Shown here piece after piece: positions 1 to 14,289 of a stretch of DNA of 64,000 nucleotides. The notes under the pieces are model-generated. The model was not told the DNA's origin, ran no database searches, and saw nothing but the letters and a program-made list of their open reading frames with translations. Both the position numbers and the translations under genes were made by a program. Origin of the DNA: Raillietiella orientalis (Eukaryota); NCBI GenBank assembly GCA_036172245.1, contig JAYWIR010000079.1, forward strand, positions 124,001-188,000, read 5' to 3'. Within the stretch, counting starts at the first letter, position 1. Each line of letters starts with the position of its first letter.

Positions 1-949
1 GCCTAACTTTCGGGTTTTCTATTCAAAGTGGACGGCACACTCCTGGCTCTAAAATATCTTTGGATACTGCGCCTCTTGTAAACTTTTGAATTTACATTTT
101 GATTTTCCTTATACCTGTGCATGCCTGTGAATTTTGTGGTGTTGTAGTCTGTTTCATATTTGGAATGAGAATTGCATCTTTTTTGCTTTTATGCATGTGT
201 TCATGCCAAAAGTGTGTTTATTACAAAAAGTAGTGTATTTATTTCCTAAAGTAGCACATGGATAATTATACTTATTCAGATGGACCGTTCTGTGTATGTA
301 TCAATTCAAATAACAATTCTTTTTGGTGCTTAAGAACCATCAATCAGATCCATAATTTCGTGTATTGTGAGTTCACTACAGGTTTTCGAATGTATTTTGA
401 TTTGCTCGTGGGTAAGCAAAGCCTTTATCCCAATAACATAGTAAGGAGCCTTTCGTAGATCCGTATCAGCTTCGCAACGTAATCGGCTCACTTTCTGAGG
501 AAAGGGTGGCTTTTCTGCAACTGGAGCTGGAGAAACTGAAAAATTGCAAAGGCAGCCTGGAATGCAATAGCTCGGGATCAAAAGCTGAAGAACCATTATA
601 GTCACCGTTCCTCTCTACAGTAAGCTTTGACTCTTTATCTCTTTGATCCACGTGTGATTACCTCGTTTGTTTGTTTGCAAGCTTATGACATGATATCGTT
701 TCGAACCCAACGAGTTCCGTTGATTTTTTCAAAGCCTTAGTTTTCCAAGTCCCGGTAAGCAGAAGGAATCACATTCGGATGCTTGGTGTGAAATTTTCCC
801 CTTGGGGTCAGTTTTCCAGTAAAGACAACAGCGTCCGCTCGCGAAAACCTCCGCAAAGCGATGGAATCAGAGAAAGATTCTGCGAACGCTTTCGCTCACT
901 GTTTGACGTAAAGTGAAGGAATCTTCCAAAAGTTGCACTTACATCATCA

Positions 950-1620
950 TAGGATGAGTATGTGCGGTGCTACTGCGTATGGGTCCTAGCAGTACAACAT
1001 CCTCGCGAAACGCTCCTTGGACTCTGGCCATCTCCAAGACAGGATTTCGATTCCCCAGTTTTTTTGCTTCCATGCCTCGTCCGGTGGCTCCTTAAAATCC
1101 TGGCGCAGAGTCCTTCTTGTTCCTCGCGTATCGGCTGGCCAGCATCGAGCTGTCAAAGGCGAAAACCCTTATTCAGTACATACTGCTCCACTGACTGTTG
1201 CATGCCGATAACGAATTCTCACGATAAGCGCAAACGGAGCAGCGTTTTAACCCTCGTCGGAAAGTCTGAAACTTCATCTCAGTGGTCGATCGGCCAACTC
1301 TTTTCCGTTTCGAGATTTCGTTGCCTGATTTCAAACGGAAAATGTCAGAAACAGGCCCGTGCGAGTCTCGGAGTAAAAACAGACAAACAAACAAATCACT
1401 GCAGACAGCTTTTGGATTTTGGATTCTGGATGTTCATCCGGGAAAAGCCGTTGATGCATCTTTTCCGGAACCAGGCAGTACTCAAAGTTTCAGAAGCAGT
1501 ACCGGCTTTTCGGGCACATTAAATCTTTGAAGAACAATTACCAGCGTTAAACGCTGGAATCTACGAGCAGCTTCGATTCTATTGTACATATAATCGTACT
1601 ATGCTGCTTGATTTGCATAC
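950..1620 (+). mobile_element. Highly decayed non-LTR retrotransposon RT fragment
   Basis: Eroded RT motifs in the expected order: PSPRQD (KSPGxDG-like), MPITNSHDKRK (RPITLLNxDxK-like), ILDVHPGKAVD (LDxEKAFD-like); frameshifted. Confidence 0.35.
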
Positions 1621-3461
1621 ATGAAATGCTACTCAAAAATCTTTTCCCTTTGTGATCCCCTGCTTAAAATTCTTTTCCGGTGCATACAGTTCCAATGTGC
1701 CCTCTTCCTTTTTAGCGCAAGCTGAAACTGTTTGCCTTTAGACTCCATGAGAGGGAAAGTAGGCGTTTCTATTGCTTTCCCTATTTCTTTCCCCCATTCT
1801 TGCAAACCGTCGGTCCGAAAAAATCGCGGTTCTCGGATTTTCAGTGTTCCACTAGAGTCTGACATTGCTTGCTCTCTCAAACGGCTATTAAAAAATTGGC
1901 ATAAGCAATTTTTTGTGTGTGTTTTAGAAAACCACTAATTTATTTCCTACAGCAAGGCTTCGACAAGAGCAAGAAAATTCGCAGCGGTTTCACCAAATAG
2001 GCAGATATCCCTCTTGGGAAACGGACCGGAGCACAGAGATGTTCCCCAGCGAAAGTTCACCTCGAGGTCACATAATTAGCCCTATTCCCTACTCGGAGAT
2101 TGCGAGCCGTGTTGTTGTGCGTAGCATGACTTTTGAATTTTCCTGTAATTATGTTCTGAAATGGAATGATAGTAGTAGTAGTGGTACCCTGGAAGTTTTT
2201 CCGTACTACTACTACTGTTTCTTACTTGACTAGAGTACTCAATAAAACAGAATTTTGCAATATACATTATAAACACACTTCAGATTTTGTCAAACACGTG
2301 TAAAAAAGAAACAGTGTTTTGGTGCGTCGAGAACGATCCATCTAAAAAAGTTCCAACGTGGGACGGGAGTACTTGAATGATTCAGGCTTTTTTAAACATC
2401 ATCAATTTCGAAATTGAAGTATATCTTTAGGAAACATCCCAGCATCTTTACTCATAGCAACAGTCCCTCAAATAGGATTCATTTTCTGAAAAGACTAAAG
2501 AATCTTATTTAACAAACGCTTGGCTTTGAGAACGATATGAGAGGAAAAAAAAGGGGGGGGGGGGGAGACCAGTGTGATGCTTTGCATTTTTCTAGACCAT
2601 TTTAAAAAGCCTCTGGATATACTATTATTATTCTTGTTCTGCATAAGATCTTGAAGTAAAGTAATTTTGTTTGCTTTTGTAAAATTTATGTTTTCAAAAT
2701 ACGATGCCCGTTAGGTTACTTGATGTGACGAACACGGCCGGGAATTTCCTTTGAGGTCACGGAACTGCTAATCAATGATACGTTTTTAAACTCCGTAATC
2801 CGATTTTGATTGTGGCCTTAAAACTACAAATCAAGTAATTCTCCAAGAACTTTTAGACAGATTGCCATTTTTAATAAGTCAAACAAAACCTTTCGGCAGC
2901 CAACACGTTCAGTCCCTGCAAATATTTAGCAAAACTGATAAAAACGATGCGCCTGGGAATTTTTCTGCATTTCGAAGTCAAAAGCTCTGCGCTGCAATGT
3001 AGCGTGCCATGGAATTTTTCCGAAACTTTCAAGGCAAGCTTTCAGCAAACAGAAACCAGTACTGTGATCTTTGAAGGCCTGTCTGGAACTCATGTATTTT
3101 TTTGTAAAACATGGCTGGGAAGATACTTTAAGAAAACACGATTCGGTAATCGGATTCTTCATCGACATCAAATACATTTGTTTCTGATGCGACATTTCGA
3201 ATATCCCAATGATTCGAAGAATGGGTTTCATATTCCAAGTGAGCAAGCATGCCAGGTTCCATGTTCAGAGTAAGTTCCATATTCGAAGTAGGTATTCCGA
3301 AAAACTGGAAAACTTAAGCACAATTATTATTTTTATAATGCAAGAACAAATCAGAAATCTGAAACGCCTGAAGGAAATTCACGGTAACAATTCAAAATCC
3401 TTAAGATGTAAATCTCAAAACTGAAAATTTTACTGAAAGGATTTTAAAACAGTTCAACAAC

Positions 3462-3467
3462 TTTATT
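3462..3467 (-). promoter_or_regulatory. Candidate polyadenylation signal (AATAAA) for NAPRT
   Basis: tttatt on the plus strand about 200 nt downstream of the NAPRT stop codon; positional inference only. Confidence 0.35.
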
Positions 3468-3669
3468 ACTTTCCGTAGCAAGTTCGGCCTAGAAAACAAA
3501 ATATTGAATACATCTACATTGCAATTCTAATAACCCCATATTTTTTCAGAAGATTAGTGAGGTCACTCAGCCACATTCTTGCTCAAACCATGGTCGAAAA
3601 TAATAATAACATGCCGTAGCCTAGACATTAAGTAATTCAGAACTCCTGAGGCAAATCACACCTTGCATC

Positions 3670-6600
3670 TTAAGACAATTCGCCTATCGGGGCACTCTCC
3701 AGCCATAAATCATGCATAAAGTGATACAGTTTATCTGAAATGCTGACCTGAAAGTGACATGACACTCAGTCGAAAATTCAAGGGAAAATCAATAGTTACT
3801 TTATAAGGAGTAGGGTTCAGCGTTCTTTTGTGGTCTGGTCTCAACAGTTTCAGTGACTGTTGGACCCTGTGACGAATTTCTGAGAGAGTGGGCATATTTT
3901 CCGGCATTTGCCCTTTGTTCCAGTATATCTAGAAAACCACAGTCTTCACAGAATAAACAGAATGGGAACTTACTTGATATAAAGGTTGAACCCTGGAAGG
4001 CTTCACCCATGCTCTTTTAGACTCCTGAAAAGGGTGGCGGCAAAGCACTTTCTCATTCACACGAGGAGGAGACTCTTTCAAACATTGCATCAGATCACAG
4101 ATTGCCATTCCTGTCAAAAATGCTCAATGCATTGTACACACATAAGAAATCACCATCTGCTCCAAATAATCGATATGCACTCTTTCTTCCTGGAACTGAT
4201 ACTTTTTCTACATCTTCACTGAGTTTGATCTTTGCATGACCTTCAATTTCTACCAATTTATACACACAGCCTAGAGCTGGTTGCCTTTGACATGTCACTA
4301 TTTGAAATCTTGAATCTTATACAATCTTTCAAAGAGCCTACCTAGATGAGTGCCAATACCAAACACATTAATCTGATGCTTTTGTTCATTCACACTTATG
4401 ATAGTTTCTTCATTAATATCATTTGAAGCAATGATAATTAAGTCTTTAAACCATGGTATATTGTATCTACATGAAATCTGTCAATAGGGCACAAAATTGT
4501 CTTAAATGAGCTTACTTCTGTGCAATAGTGGCAAACACATCTCTTGTCATGTTTGATAAATATGCTAGGTCACCACTGTCAAGGCGAACACCCACAGCTC
4601 TGTAGCCTAGATCCATTAGAGCCAAAGCCACAGTACAAAAGTTCATTAGGCCACTCCTATGGATAAAATGCACAAATTTCTCAAGTTGCTTTTGGAAAAC
4701 AGTGCAATGGCTATGTAATGTGAGGACATGAAATATATATGAAAATTCAAATGACATTCATCGATCTGAATACATTTATTCTGGTTTCATAGAATTCTCA
4801 TTCCATTTGCTTATCACAATTTACAAATGTGTTCAAATGCGATGTCAAAAATTTAACAAAATTATGGCTTGAAATAGCGAAAAAAAATTAAGTATTTGAT
4901 TTCCTGCTTGTCAAAAAAGGGCTTTACTTACATTTTATAAGAATGAGGGAAACGGGTTTAACTAAGAGTTCTAAAGAAAATATGTAGTTACTTTGAACTT
5001 AACTCCATAAACATTAGAAATTTTTATAACATTGGGTGACAATACATGTCCCAAAAGACTAGCAAGAATCAGTAAGAAGAAGAAAAAAATAAAAGACTTT
5101 GAAATACGCACAAAGTATGCATATTTAAATCGAAACAATCCCACAAAGTCAAACAGGTTGAACCTGAAGCAAAATTCCTTCAGAAAGAATACCATAAGAT
5201 TACTTTACAACATAGCTGCAACTCATTTACATAAATGAGTTACAATTATGTTGGGATTATAGGAGCACAAATGAATATGTCATCAACAACTCTTATTGAT
5301 ACACACTGTTAAAAATTATCAAATTACATATCTATACTATTTATAGTAACCCTTCATAATAACAGATACCAAAAAAAAAAAGGAGTATATGCAGCAGAAA
5401 AACGAGGGAGAGAGAGAAAAAGAGATTAATACTGTAATGAAGTTCTAACACCAGTTACACAGGAGAGGACAAAAATCGCTGAGCATGACAAACAACACAA
5501 AATGCCAAATGTCATTGTAAAAATAGTTTTATGAATTATCCAATCCACTATAAAAGAGAATAAAAGATAGTTACAACAAAGAACCCCAATTATCTGAAGT
5601 CGCGGAGTGCTGGAGCAACTGGAAAATTCAATCTATGTTAAAGATCAGATACCAGAACAGCAATTATATATGCCTACATAACACTTGGAAGTAGCTTTAA
5701 GTATTCTAAAATCTAAGAGTTACTAGTTATGAATTACCTCATACAGAGGTAACAGAAACCATGAATTGGAAATAATTTACATCAGTGTTTTCAATGTTAG
5801 TGTTTTTCAATTTGAAAATACAGCTACCTCCAATATAATGACTTGTCTCCTTTAGAAACATGATACAATGAAAGTTCATCAGTTAAGATTACTTGAGCTG
5901 AAATGTAATGGTTTAAGTTCTTATAGTTTGCTGTATTTGCATCAACTGATACTGCTTTGAAAACTTCCACATTCCTTGAAACCCTTAAAAATTCCACCAT
6001 ACTTAATCACGCCACAAAAAATATCCATTTGCTTATCACACGATAAAAAATATCCGATTGTGGCTACAAAATGTTTTTGAATTCTTTGGAGGCTGATAAA
6101 GGCTTTGGCACAAAACAGGCAGTCAAGTAAACCTTTGCATGATGCTAAGTAAAATAAGAAAGTGATTCTTTGAAGAAATATATCTCAGGCCCCATGAGGT
6201 TTATGTAGGATATTTGTATGGATACATGCATGTATATACGCACACACACATACACACATCAATAGACAGATGTAAATTCTGCCACCAAGAAAGCATTATT
6301 GAATGACAGCAAATGAAAAACAGATCTGATTAAAATAAAATAATATTTGAGACAAGTAAGATCAAACCTTGGTGAGAAAAGTGATATAAATTGCAACCAT
6401 TGTAAAGAAACTCAATCTGACACCAAAGAAATCTGGAAACATATAGAATAACACAACTCATAGCATGAATATGCACTAAAACCTGGAATCTTATTGCATG
6501 TTTTCTGATTCCAAATAAAGAGTTAGCAACTATATGGGCATCCATTCCACCTCCTGGCAGCTGTCCCAGCCTACCTCAAAACATCATATGTGTCAATCAG

Positions 6601-7990
6601 GGCTACAAAATCATCAGGATATGCCAAGGCAAATGACATAAAGGATGCAAGCTCAGCATCAGATACTTCAGATACCAAAATGCCAAACAGATCACACAGT
6701 TTGGTCCTCCATGAAATACACAGTTTACCAAAGTCAGCTACATAGTTTTCAGTCTTATGATGGAAAGTCTGGAATGAGTATTCTCATTAAAAACTTATCA
6801 GAGAAAGATGTCCATGGAATGGAATATTCTTTTTCAAGAACTTAGCTTAACATACAATACAATCATTAGGCGAAACATAAGTATTTTAGAAGGAATGAAA
6901 AAATAACAAATTGGAATCTATCTGTTAAGAACATTATAAAAACTGTTTGAATATTCAAATATAATGCATTACATAGAAAAACCAAAGGTAGAATAACACT
7001 TGCCTTTATGTCAAGATCACTGAATCCAGAAAAAGATGATACAAACGCATGAGCCATAGTTCCTTTAACTGGAATGTGAAACAATTTGCCAGCCAACATG
7101 TTACTTGTTCCATCAAAGCCACCTGCTAATCATTAAACCATGATAACCACGCTGGCACATTTAAGATTAATATAGTACCAATGTATGCATATTTGGAAGC
7201 AGAAACGCCACCATCTGGTCCTTGAGCCCTTCTCAAACCAAATTCCAAAAGATGCAGACTGTCACCTGCTGCAATACGGAAACGTGCTGCATTGGTTGTT
7301 ACCAAGCTAAAGTCTTTTGTTTTATAAAATGCATACTGCTTCATCTGACCTTACCTAGCATAGTTTATTAGGGTTAACAAAGTTGTTTCTAGTAACTGTG
7401 CAATAATGATTGGACCTTCCACTCTCAAAAGAGGAACTCTGATATTTTAAATCAAAATTAGTTCAAAACTATAAATTGTGTAACTTTACAGTGTACCTAG
7501 GAAATGCTATAGAGCCTTCCTCCATTGCATGAATTGTAATTTCATTTGCATCTAAAGTAGATAAATATTCAAAAAACTTTTCTTCCACTGAGTTTGGTAA
7601 AATTTCCTTTATGTACGCTATATCTGGATATATAATTTATAACAATTGCATAAAAGATTATATTGGAGAATACCACTTTCTGAGAAATGAAAATCGTGAA
7701 TAAAATTTAAACAATCTCCTAATCCTGTAAATATGGTGAATTCCCCTTGAAATGGATTTTTTCTAAAGTATAAATCGAATGCAGCAATTTCATTCCTTTT
7801 CCCTGCTTTCCAATAAGCATATGCCATTTTTATTTGATACAAATCTACAAATGCAACTGTGAGCTTAATTCAGGTTTCATAAAATGGACACTGAACAATT
7901 TCAGTTGGAATGTTAAGATTTACCTGTAAGCAATGGCTGCACCAAATTGTTATGCAATTTATTGACGTCGTCCTGAGATTGGCACAGCAT
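3670..7990 (-). CDS. NAPRT: Nicotinate phosphoribosyltransferase, 13 exons, 547 aa
   Basis: Hand-spliced exons (minus strand): 7924-7990, 7674-7844, 7497-7623, 7355-7438, 7179-7306, 7004-7122, 6575-6768, 4516-4656, 4342-4466, 4154-4297, 3974-4110, 3800-3928, 3670-3747. Total 1644 nt with all phases consistent; 11 GT-AG introns and 1 GC-AG. Motifs: [39 protein letters not shown] (phosphohistidine site), [39 protein letters not shown]-terminal APIGELS*. Confidence 0.96.
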
Positions 7991-10900
7991 CTTAGTAACT
8001 TTGATATACCTTGTACCTATGTTCTACTGCTGAAAATAGTTGTTTCTTTTGTTGTTGCTTTATCACTTCCAAAATCACCTTGCACCTATACAATGAAAAT
8101 TTCGTGTAGGTAACTTAGTCGGTAAATAATGCAGACTTGATTAAAGATACTCCTGGCATGTAGAAATAACTTCATACTAAAGTATTTCAATTTTCAAAGA
8201 GTACATTTTACCTACTGACTAAAAGATACAGAAACGCCTGTAAGAACTAAAAAAAATTGCTCAGCTAACTCCTGAAATGAATGAGAATGCATCTTGATTT
8301 TGAAGCATTGATTTTCTGCTCGTGATAATTCCAAAGAGCGAATGTATTTTTTTTCAATGTCTGAAAAAAAAACATTCTCATGTTTTGAATTATCACGAGC
8401 AGAAAATATTGAATTATAACCGGAAAAAACCAATGCTTTGTTCTCTGATCGATATTTTCACTTTACGTCAAGGTTGCAAGCATTATTACTGTAATACTCC
8501 CCTTGAGTGTTTATTTTTAAAATGACAATCTATTCTAGAACTTACAATAAATTTATTTTTTAATTGGAACTAAGTAATTGATGAATGGAAAAAACACTGA
8601 AGTATAACGCTGACCTTTGAAGTAAACACATAAAATAAATAAAACATAGCAGTACTTAATAACAACAGCACTTATATTTTCTTCGGAAGCATTTTGTTTC
8701 TCCTGGAAGGTCGTTCTTTTGCATGCCCGAAACCGGTAAAGGGATTCAGTAGTACTCTGCATTAATAAAATAATGTTGTATATTTGAAAGCCATCTCCGC
8801 AGAGTGCTAATTGGCATTAAAGAATACATTAATATGCATAAATTCCAATTCACACAATCATAAAAGTGCTTTTCAAAACGATTAAATTATCATTATTCAA
8901 TATTTCTTTAGATAAAGCATTGTCATCAAATTATTCGAATAAAAATCATAATCTAAAGTGCACTTTTTAATTTGATTTTGATTTTAACAACGCCCATAGT
9001 AGCTAGTTTTTGAGATTATTTCTTTTGTTCTTGAAATTGTCAGGAGTTGTTTGGTTTTACATCTTATATTGAGTTGAACCAAGGAGCTAACGTCCTACAC
9101 AAGTAGATCTGTGAGTTTCGTCGAAATCAAGAAATCTTTTTAACATATACACGTTAAATGACTTTTGGTTTTTATCAAGTTTTTCAAAAGTTTCGCAATT
9201 TCATTTGCATCGGATTTAAATAAAATTTTACTTGTTCTTGCAGCTGGATGCTTAATTCTTGTTCGCTTTTTGTGTGTATTCTTTATCATTTTTGGAACAA
9301 AACCAACTCCATGCTTATACAAGAAATGCTTGGGCCTTTAACACTTTGTTAAATCAGCTGTATAAAGTATAGAGGAAATGGTTTCATTCTAAATATGCGG
9401 TTAACGTACGGGCAAAATTTTGAATTTCTTTTATAATACACAAAAAATTGCCAATGAGATCTGTGTTCCTAGAATCCTAAGTTTGGAATTGAATCTGAAC
9501 ATTTACGGTATTACAGTCTCTTGAAATCAAAATTGTCTATAGTGTAACGAGTCAAAGATAATTTCAATCGTTGCTTGCAAACTTGCCCCTAAACATATAC
9601 TTTTGGTTTTAGAGTATAGATTGAATTTTTTTCTATGGAACCGTTTTTTCATGCGAGGAACTCTGAATCTGTAATCATTGGATCCAATTTAATTTTCATC
9701 GAATTTAAATAGTTTCCTGATCATTAATCACTGGTCAGTTTATTACGATTTACCAGTTTTTTGATCATTGAAAAATAAATTCCGCTTGGTGGAAATGTGC
9801 ATTTTAGTATGTAAGTTCGTTTTCCGAAACATATTTGCTGAATTCTTATTTCTTACTCATTCGGTCTTGAATCAGTGACAGTTGCTTTGTCGATAATGCT
9901 TTCAGCCCTTATCTAAGCATTACAATGTACCCTTTCAACAGTTTTATATTCAAATAAAAAATTTTGTTTCTTTCTTTCTTATCTACGGCGATTTCCAGTC
10001 ATTAGAAAGCTTTACTATTCAATGTTGCGAAGAATACTAATTAAGTTTCGTATTTTAGAGCATACGTGTTAAATGACGTAAAAGTATAGTTTTTTTCCCC
10101 CTCAAAAAAAAAAAAGGAATTTTCTTATAAAAAACAAATGGTGACTCGAGATTAAAAAGTTTCCAACATAACACTTTGAAAATGAATTCGCAACAGAAAT
10201 ATTGCGTAATATATCATTAATTACTAAACTGAAACATTCATTATTCATAATATTTTGACCGACATCAATAACATCGAAAAGGATGCAATATAAAAAGGAA
10301 AATTCCCCAAATATTAAAAATAAGAGTGATTTCTTAAGAGAAAAAAAGTTTTAAAAGAAGAATGATCTAGCAATTTTTATTTGTAGCTTCATATCACTCT
10401 GCCTCCATGTCCACGAAAGAGAAAGTATCATTCCTCTTAAAACAAGTGTCAAGTGTTCTCGTTTTTGAAGAAAAACAAGGCACTTTAGCATTAGATTTTT
10501 GCTTTCAGTTTATTAGTCTTCGAGTTATCTCCAAATTTTTTCTCATAAGGAACGTCACTTTGTATTTTCATTTGTTTTCCATTATTTTTCTGCAAGCCCA
10601 TCACAGAAAGTCACTAAGCAAGTGATTTTGAACCACCCATTAATACTACAAATCTCAAGAAGCCTGAGGAATCCAAGATATTCGACACTTCTGAGTAAAT
10701 TCGAGTTCACCTGTGCATCTAACCATGTTCCAATGACTTTTTTCAGGATACAGTCATGCTTTTGTTTGCATACCTATAAAATGGATTATTCCTATTATGC
10801 AAATCTAATCTCAAAATCAGATGAGAGCAATAATTATTTTTTATTCTTCACGTTCGCTTTCAAATACCTTTTGCAAGTAAAATTCTATCTCAGATTGCAT

Positions 10901-12239
10901 AATTCAACGACGATTCATCATTTTCTCAATAGGTATGAGTTGATTTTGAAAGAAAATGTATACACACCCACATTCTTTTCCTGTTTCTATTAGCAATTCC
11001 TTCTAACCAAAACTAATTTGAACTTCCATTCACAAATTTGCTAATTCAACAAATTAATAAAATAAAAAATAAACTGATTCATTAAAAACGTGTCATATTT
11101 GGCAACTGTCATTAAAAAAAGATTTCATGTTTATTCGTATCATTGCCAATTTTGTTTCAAAATCAACGTGCTTCGAATCAAATGTGCAAGTCAGTAGCAG
11201 AAAATTGGAAATGATCGATTTATATGCAACCTTCATCTGTACCCAGGCTCGTCAAGAGTATACCCTATCCTCATGAAACATACCTACGGAAACTAGGCCA
11301 GATGTCTGAGTCGCAGCTCCCTGGTTGATTCTTGGGAATCAACGTCCCTCCCAGTCAGTTCTTGTGAACTCACCAGAAGTCTGTCAGGAAAAACAAAAAT
11401 AACTGGTTTCGTTGTAGATGAAGGAAAATATTTCAAGCTTTCACTGAACCAAAAGAACCCAAAAGAAGTCATCTTTTTTCGAACTTTGTTTATTCATTTA
11501 GGGAAGGCAGTAAATATTGGCAAACCATGGAATTAAACTGAAAACTCAGATCCAAGCAAGTCTTTCTGTTGTTGTTGTTGTTGCTTAGAAGAAAAAAAAA
11601 AAACTACCAATCCATCCAGATCACATGCTAATTGAATTATTTAATTAAACGAAGATTACACTTTCTAATGCTTGCTTATTTTCATCTGTAGAGCGATAAA
11701 AATAATCTTAAGACTACATGTTTTTATGACACGGGAAATTTTCTAACTAAGCTTTAAAGACCTTAGTCTAACAACTTAGTCTAAACTAATGTTCATTAAT
11801 GGATTCTCAGTTTAGTTAGCTGTTCCAGGTGAAGGATCTCCAAACACTGATTATATAGAGACAAAGGGAAGAATGCTATTTACTTAAAAAAAGTGTAGAA
11901 AGTTCACAAGTAACATCGAAAATGGTGAAGTGGTCTCGAAGAGAAAACAGATTTTGAAATCCTAGGAAAATCACACCGAACTCTAGTTCTTCCCTATAGG
12001 AAAAAATCTTCAATCAGAAGCAGACCTCAAACCGGAGGAGACTTGAGGGGAAAGGGCATTAAAACCGCATTTGAACAAGACCGAAACGACCAAGTTCTTT
12101 AGCAGTGGATAATATAATTTCTAAACTGATTTGATCCGAGACCAGTGTTAGTAAAATCAAGTAAAAATGAGTGAAATATGACACCTCCTCCTCCGAAACA
12201 GGGAGCAGCACCATTTCAATCTTGCATGTTGGTTCGCGC

Positions 12240-13150
12240 CGTTCATTGCAGCAATAACTGACACGAAGAAGGGCATTGAGAAGGAAACTGCTGACAGAAG
12301 AGCCAACCTATCAAATGCCAGATGTGTCCTGTTATGTAAATGCTAAAGGGCACATACGCACCTTGGGCAAGAAAACTAGAGAATCCAAAATTATCCAGAA
12401 AATGTACACTCAACAGCTGGAAGAATGTGAAAGTATTTAGGTGAAGAAGCCCAAACCCCCCATCAAGTGGAGGTGATCCGAATTTCGATCTTTTATTCGT
12501 GTTCCTGGAGTCAGAGATAAACCAAGGTTTTTCGACAAGATAATTTAGAAAAGTTGAGTGACACTTCATGTTTCATACGTCTCATGAATTAGGAGGAAAA
12601 GCAATAAAAAGTGCATGCGAGCGACTAACAGAACGCATCGAGAAGAGGAAATCAGAGTGGGGAGTCATCAATACAGTCTGCAAAGTATGAAAGATGGTAC
12701 AAATCAAAGATGGAAAAAACAAAAATGAGCAGGTTTCAAGGGTCCTTGAAGCGGTTATGCAAAAATCGAATGCAAAATTTAGTTTTCAACAAATCTATTC
12801 GTTAGGTGATTAACAATGTTCTTGGATTCCGGTTTCAGCACAACTGAATGCCATCGAAAATATCTATATTTTGGCTACAGATTTAATTTCCGAACTATAA
12901 TTCTGGATCAAGTCAAAAGTAGGTAGCTTTACATGGCAAGGTGCCGATAAAAAATTTTCCGATCTCGTGCAATGAACACAGGATCGGCTCTATCTTCTGC
13001 CCCAAACCACCTTAAAATGGACAAATCAAGAGTACATGAAATACATAGAGACAAACCGTTATGACTTGCCTGACTAAGCATCTCTACTTTGCAAAGCACC
13101 AGCAGCACTCTGACTCCTTGACCCATCTCTACTCTAAGCAGCACTTGGCT
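12240..13150 (-). mobile_element. Decayed L1/Tx1-type LINE ORF2 fragment (RT to post-RT)
   Basis: WFISDS...SPPLDGGFGLLHL resembles the L1-clade post-RT FxW...P...GGLGL motif; many stops. Confidence 0.4.
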
Positions 13151-13239
13151 GCTTAGACACTTAAAAACACTTCTTGAAATAAACGTGCATTCGTTATAAT
13201 ACCAGAAGGTACGTAATCAATATTTTTCGCACTATCTTT

Positions 13240-14040
13240 TCTGATAGGCATTTCCGATAAGCGTCAAGGCTGCGGTCATCAGCAGTAAGCCATTCTCACT
13301 GGGTATTCTTTCTTGGAGTAGACGCCTGCTCTGCAAAATTTCGGCGAATTCGATTTTGCGACTGGAGCCCCAGATGAGTTTTGTTGCAGCTGCTGAAGCG
13401 CTCTCGCAGAAGCGCACATTTTCCCAATGTCACTCCGAAAGACACGAGGATTAGTTCTGGGTTTCAGAGAGACCGTATTTAGGAAGGCGACATCGCAAAG
13501 AGAAGAGTCAGCGATTGGTGGACGGAATGGGAGAAAAGAGGCCGATTCCGAGGTGCAACGAGAAACGCAACGAGAATCCCTATTTCCGATGATAACAGAT
13601 ATCCCCACAGCCACCGACGGTTTTTAAAATCGTCGGTGGCTGTCGAGGGAGATTCTCAATTTAGTTTGATCATCCAAGCGAACAGTCATAATCCTTACCC
13701 AAGAAGAAACCTCAAACCAGAGCGAGAGAATGCGTGCCATGGAACGGAAACCTTTACTGTTTTCTTCCAGAGTTTGATAAGGTTTTATAGAATCAGAAGC
13801 CATCGATCAAACAGGAGCAGTCTTAGAAGCATGAACGGGAAAATCACCATGAAGTCTTGTTCCGAGAAGAGCTCCTGTAACTGACTTTAATCCCAGGATA
13901 TTGAAACGTTAAGGAAGTTCGAAAATCATTGCTTACTGGGACATCTCGGAGAGCCTGGGAAACCCACAATCGCGTAAGAAGCCAACACGCATCGCATCGA
14001 GGTGATGGACTCAAATGAAGTGGCCAGAGTGACCTGTAAA
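13240..14040 (+). mobile_element. Possible decayed LINE RT fragment
   Basis: RQGC-like and PYLG-like remnants in the expected order; heavily frameshifted. Confidence 0.25.
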
Positions 14041-14289
14041 ACAAAATTACTAATAGAGACCTAGTGATTAAATCACTTAGCGTTCATAGTCGTATTTACT
14101 CTTTGGGGTTGTCAGTATACTCCAACCAAGCGATATTCTGTTCCTCCGTTGAGAATGACAAAAATTTATACTTACTATTTTGGAGACCAGGGTCGTGCCA
14201 GGAAACATTCTTGAATCCGTTCCTGATGTGCTTTTGAACGCTGATTTTTCAGGTGCAGCCGTTTCCCTTATTCGAAAGGAATATTCCTG

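Noticed and set aside
2168..2216. (TAG)n...(CTA)n inverted microsatellite hairpin
   Set aside because: Low complexity, single occurrence, no target-site duplication.
11324..11343. 8-bp perfect hairpin GTTGATTC/GAATCAAC
   Set aside because: Isolated, with no supporting context.
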